DNA of 64,000 nucleotides from Pirellulales bacterium (GTDB lineage Bacteria; Planctomycetota; Planctomycetia; Pirellulales; JACPPG01). The stretch spans positions 2,511-66,510 of the forward strand of contig DASXEJ010000303.1 of assembly GCA_036490175.1 (NCBI GenBank), given 5' to 3'. Made by a program: the position numbers and the translations under genes. Below the pieces are notes generated by a model. It saw only the letters and a list, made by a program, of their open reading frames with translations, ran no database searches and had not been told where the DNA came from. Of the stretch, positions 61,998-64,000 are shown one piece after another; position 1 is the first letter of the stretch, and every line of letters starts with the position of its first letter.

Positions 61998-63860
61998 ATG
62001 AGCCACCGCGATGCTATTCGGCCGGATTGCGACCGACCACGCGGCGCAGTGCCGGTGTTGCGGGCGATGGCGGGCAGTTGGAAGTCGCTGGTCATGTACG
62101 AATTGCTGATGTCGCTCGTCAGCGCAACGGTCCTAGCCCCCTTGGTGTTGGCCGGATCTTACCAGTTGATCGGGATCTCGGGCGAGGTAGTCCTCGGCAA
62201 CTGGGATCTCATCCGGTTTTTGGCCTCGCCCTTGGGGCTAGTGGCGTTGTTGCTAACCGTCAGCCTGTCATTGAGCCTGCTGCTCATCGAATACGCAGGG
62301 CTAATCCTGCTGGCCGACGCTGCGCTGCACGGAATAGCGCCTTCGATGCGCCAGATTGTTGCCCGCATGTTTGCTGCGGCACCGCGATTGTTTGCGTTGG
62401 CGAGTTTGCAGTCGGCAGTTGTCCTGCTCGCGCTGCTGCCGTTTTTAGGTCTCGCCGGTGCCACGTACTGGTTACTGTTGGCAGGCTCGGACATCAATTT
62501 CTATCTCGCCGAGCGACCGCCGCGTTTTTGGCTGGCAATAGCAATCGGCGCTGTTTTTGCCATCGGACTTGCCATATCCGCGGCGTGGCTGTTCGTTCAG
62601 TGGGCCCTTTCCGTGCCGCTATGCTTATTGAACGGCCAATCCTGGCTGGGAGCGTTGCGTCTGAGTTCGCGACTGGCGCGTGGTCGAAGTCGGCGACTAC
62701 TGCTTCTGATCGTTGGCTGGCTGGTGACCAAGGAAGTTGTGCTTCTCCTTGCCCTCAATGGCTTGGACGGACTCAACGAAATACTGTTGGCAGCTTTCTC
62801 GCAGCGCCTTTCGACCATTTTATGGTCCACGATGGCGCTGCTGGTGTTTGACACGCTCGCGCTCCAGCTTCTCGGGGCGGTGTTTGCCATCGGTTTGGCG
62901 GCGCTGATTGCCTATGAGTATGAGCAAGCTCGGCTGCAAGAGGCCGTTTCTCTGCTCAGCACGATTTGGGATCCGGCGGAATTGGCTGCGCCGTGGCCAG
63001 CCTGGCGAACGCGTGTGGCGATCATCGTTCTGGCCGTTGCGGGACCGATCGCCAGCATCGGTTACGCGATCGTGGCGACGCGCGAGTACGCTGAGCACCA
63101 CGCGGCCAACGTCACCGCGCACCGTGCCGGCCCCAAGGCCGCACCGGAAAATAGTCTTCTGGCACTGCAAATGTCGATCGATGCCCACGCTGATTTTGTT
63201 GAGATCGACGTACAGCAGACGGCCGACGGACATGTCGTATTGCTGCACGACCGCGACTTGCGGCGGGTCACCGGGGACGTGCGCGATCTGCACGAAATGC
63301 AACTGGCTGAATTACAGGATCTGCGGTTGACGGTCGAGGGACAATCGACCGCGGCTCGCATTCCAACGCTTGCCGAGTTCATCGCCGCTTGCGACGGCCA
63401 GATCCGATTGAACGTGGAAATGAAAGATTTCGGGCATGGCACGCACTTGGCCGCGGCCGTGTTGGATGTGCTGCGCGATCATGACTTTGCGCAACGGGCC
63501 ATTATTTCATGTTTTGAACTGGCGCCTCTCGCCGAAATACGCCGAGCCGAGCCGAGCTTGCCTATCGGGGCGATAGTATCCGTCGCTCAAGGCGATATCA
63601 CCTTGCTACCGGTCGACTTTCTGAGTTTGAATCATCGCCTGGTAAGCGGAAACGTGGTGCGCCGCGCGCACCAACGAGGTATGCAAGTCCATGTCTGGAC
63701 CGTCAATGAGCGGGAGATGGCGTTGCGCCTATTAGATCTCGGGTGCGACAATCTCATTACGAGCGACCCGATGCTGATGCGAGAAGTCGTCGATTGGTAC
63801 GCCGGTTTGGGTCAGGTTGAACGGATGCTGCTCCGGTTGCGACGCTGGCTGCGCGAATAA
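61998..63860 (+). CDS. Membrane-bound glycerophosphodiester phosphodiesterase
   Basis: N-terminal ~340 aa are multi-TM. The C-terminal GDPD domain has 'AHRAGPKAAPENSLLAL', 'DFVEIDVQQTADGHVVLLHD', 'LNVEMK' and 'VHVWTVN'. Confidence 0.85.
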   Translation: MSHRDAIRPDCDRPRGAVPVLRAMAGSWKSLVMYELLMSLVSATVLAPLVLAGSYQLIGISGEVVLGNWDLIRFLASPLGLVALLLTVSLSLSLLLIEYAGLILLADAALHGIAPSMRQIVARMFAAAPRLFALASLQSAVVLLALLPFLGLAGATYWLLLAGSDINFYLAERPPRFWLAIAIGAVFAIGLAISAAWLFVQWALSVPLCLLNGQSWLGALRLSSRLARGRSRRLLLLIVGWLVTKEVVLLLALNGLDGLNEILLAAFSQRLSTILWSTMALLVFDTLALQLLGAVFAIGLAALIAYEYEQARLQEAVSLLSTIWDPAELAAPWPAWRTRVAIIVLAVAGPIASIGYAIVATREYAEHHAANVTAHRAGPKAAPENSLLALQMSIDAHADFVEIDVQQTADGHVVLLHDRDLRRVTGDVRDLHEMQLAELQDLRLTVEGQSTAARIPTLAEFIAACDGQIRLNVEMKDFGHGTHLAAAVLDVLRDHDFAQRAIISCFELAPLAEIRRAEPSLPIGAIVSVAQGDITLLPVDFLSLNHRLVSGNVVRRAHQRGMQVHVWTVNEREMALRLLDLGCDNLITSDPMLMREVVDWYAGLGQVERMLLRLRRWLRE

Positions 63861-64000
63861 GCGCCTCGATGGGATCGAAGAACGTCAATCAGGCAATTGC
63901 CCTGCGATGTCTTCGTAATCGGCAAGGTCGGTGCATATTGTCGCATTCGCCAAAATCGACCAATGGCGGCGCGTCGTAAGTGCCGAGAAATCGAAAATCA

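Noticed and set aside
63885-64000. Possible 3' end of a minus-strand gene running off the right edge of the window (two frames stay open, e.g. ...ICTDLADYEDIAGQLPD*).
   Set aside because: Only about 38 codons are visible, the frame is ambiguous, and there is no motif. Too little evidence to call a feature.

Overview
High-GC chromosomal segment. Its gene content and domain architectures look like a Planctomycetota (Pirellulales-like) genome. It holds many exported proteins: DUF1080 lectin-like, PQQ-propeller, HEAT/TPR, planctomycete-type cytochrome-c fusions and thioredoxin-like proteins. These are interspersed with housekeeping genes (sthA, mgtE, glnB, pckA, mtnA, ald, der, a family-4 UDG, a TrmH-like methyltransferase, an ECF sigma/anti-sigma pair and a sigma-54 activator). 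I saw no rRNA, tRNA or CRISPR array. Many long ORFs in the track are antisense or alternative-frame artefacts of the high GC content. The one clear accessory element is a 4,267-bp IS1595-family 'transporter IS' at 1427-5693. It is bounded by 24-bp inverted repeats (23/24 identical) and a perfect 8-bp target-site duplication, CTAAGTTG. It sits exactly on the stop codon of an amidohydrolase gene. Besides the transposase it carries three cargo units. The first is a beta-class DNA methyltransferase fused to an Mrr-like PD-(D/E)xK domain. The second is a 49-aa basic mini-ORF. The third is a translationally coupled gene pair: a minimal nucleotidyltransferase with an intact GS-x9-DxD motif, followed by a 310-aa protein I cannot assign to any family. 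This IS-borne cargo module is my best candidate for an uncharacterised defence, addiction or R-M-like system. Secondary observations: a near-consensus sigma-54 promoter in front of glnB, next to a sigma-54 activator with a degenerate receiver domain; a redoxin + cytochrome c + PHM-like copper monooxygenase fusion; a Ser/Thr kinase with a pseudo-receiver; and an orphan ClpP-like gene. All functional calls rest on motif recognition by eye. No database search was possible.
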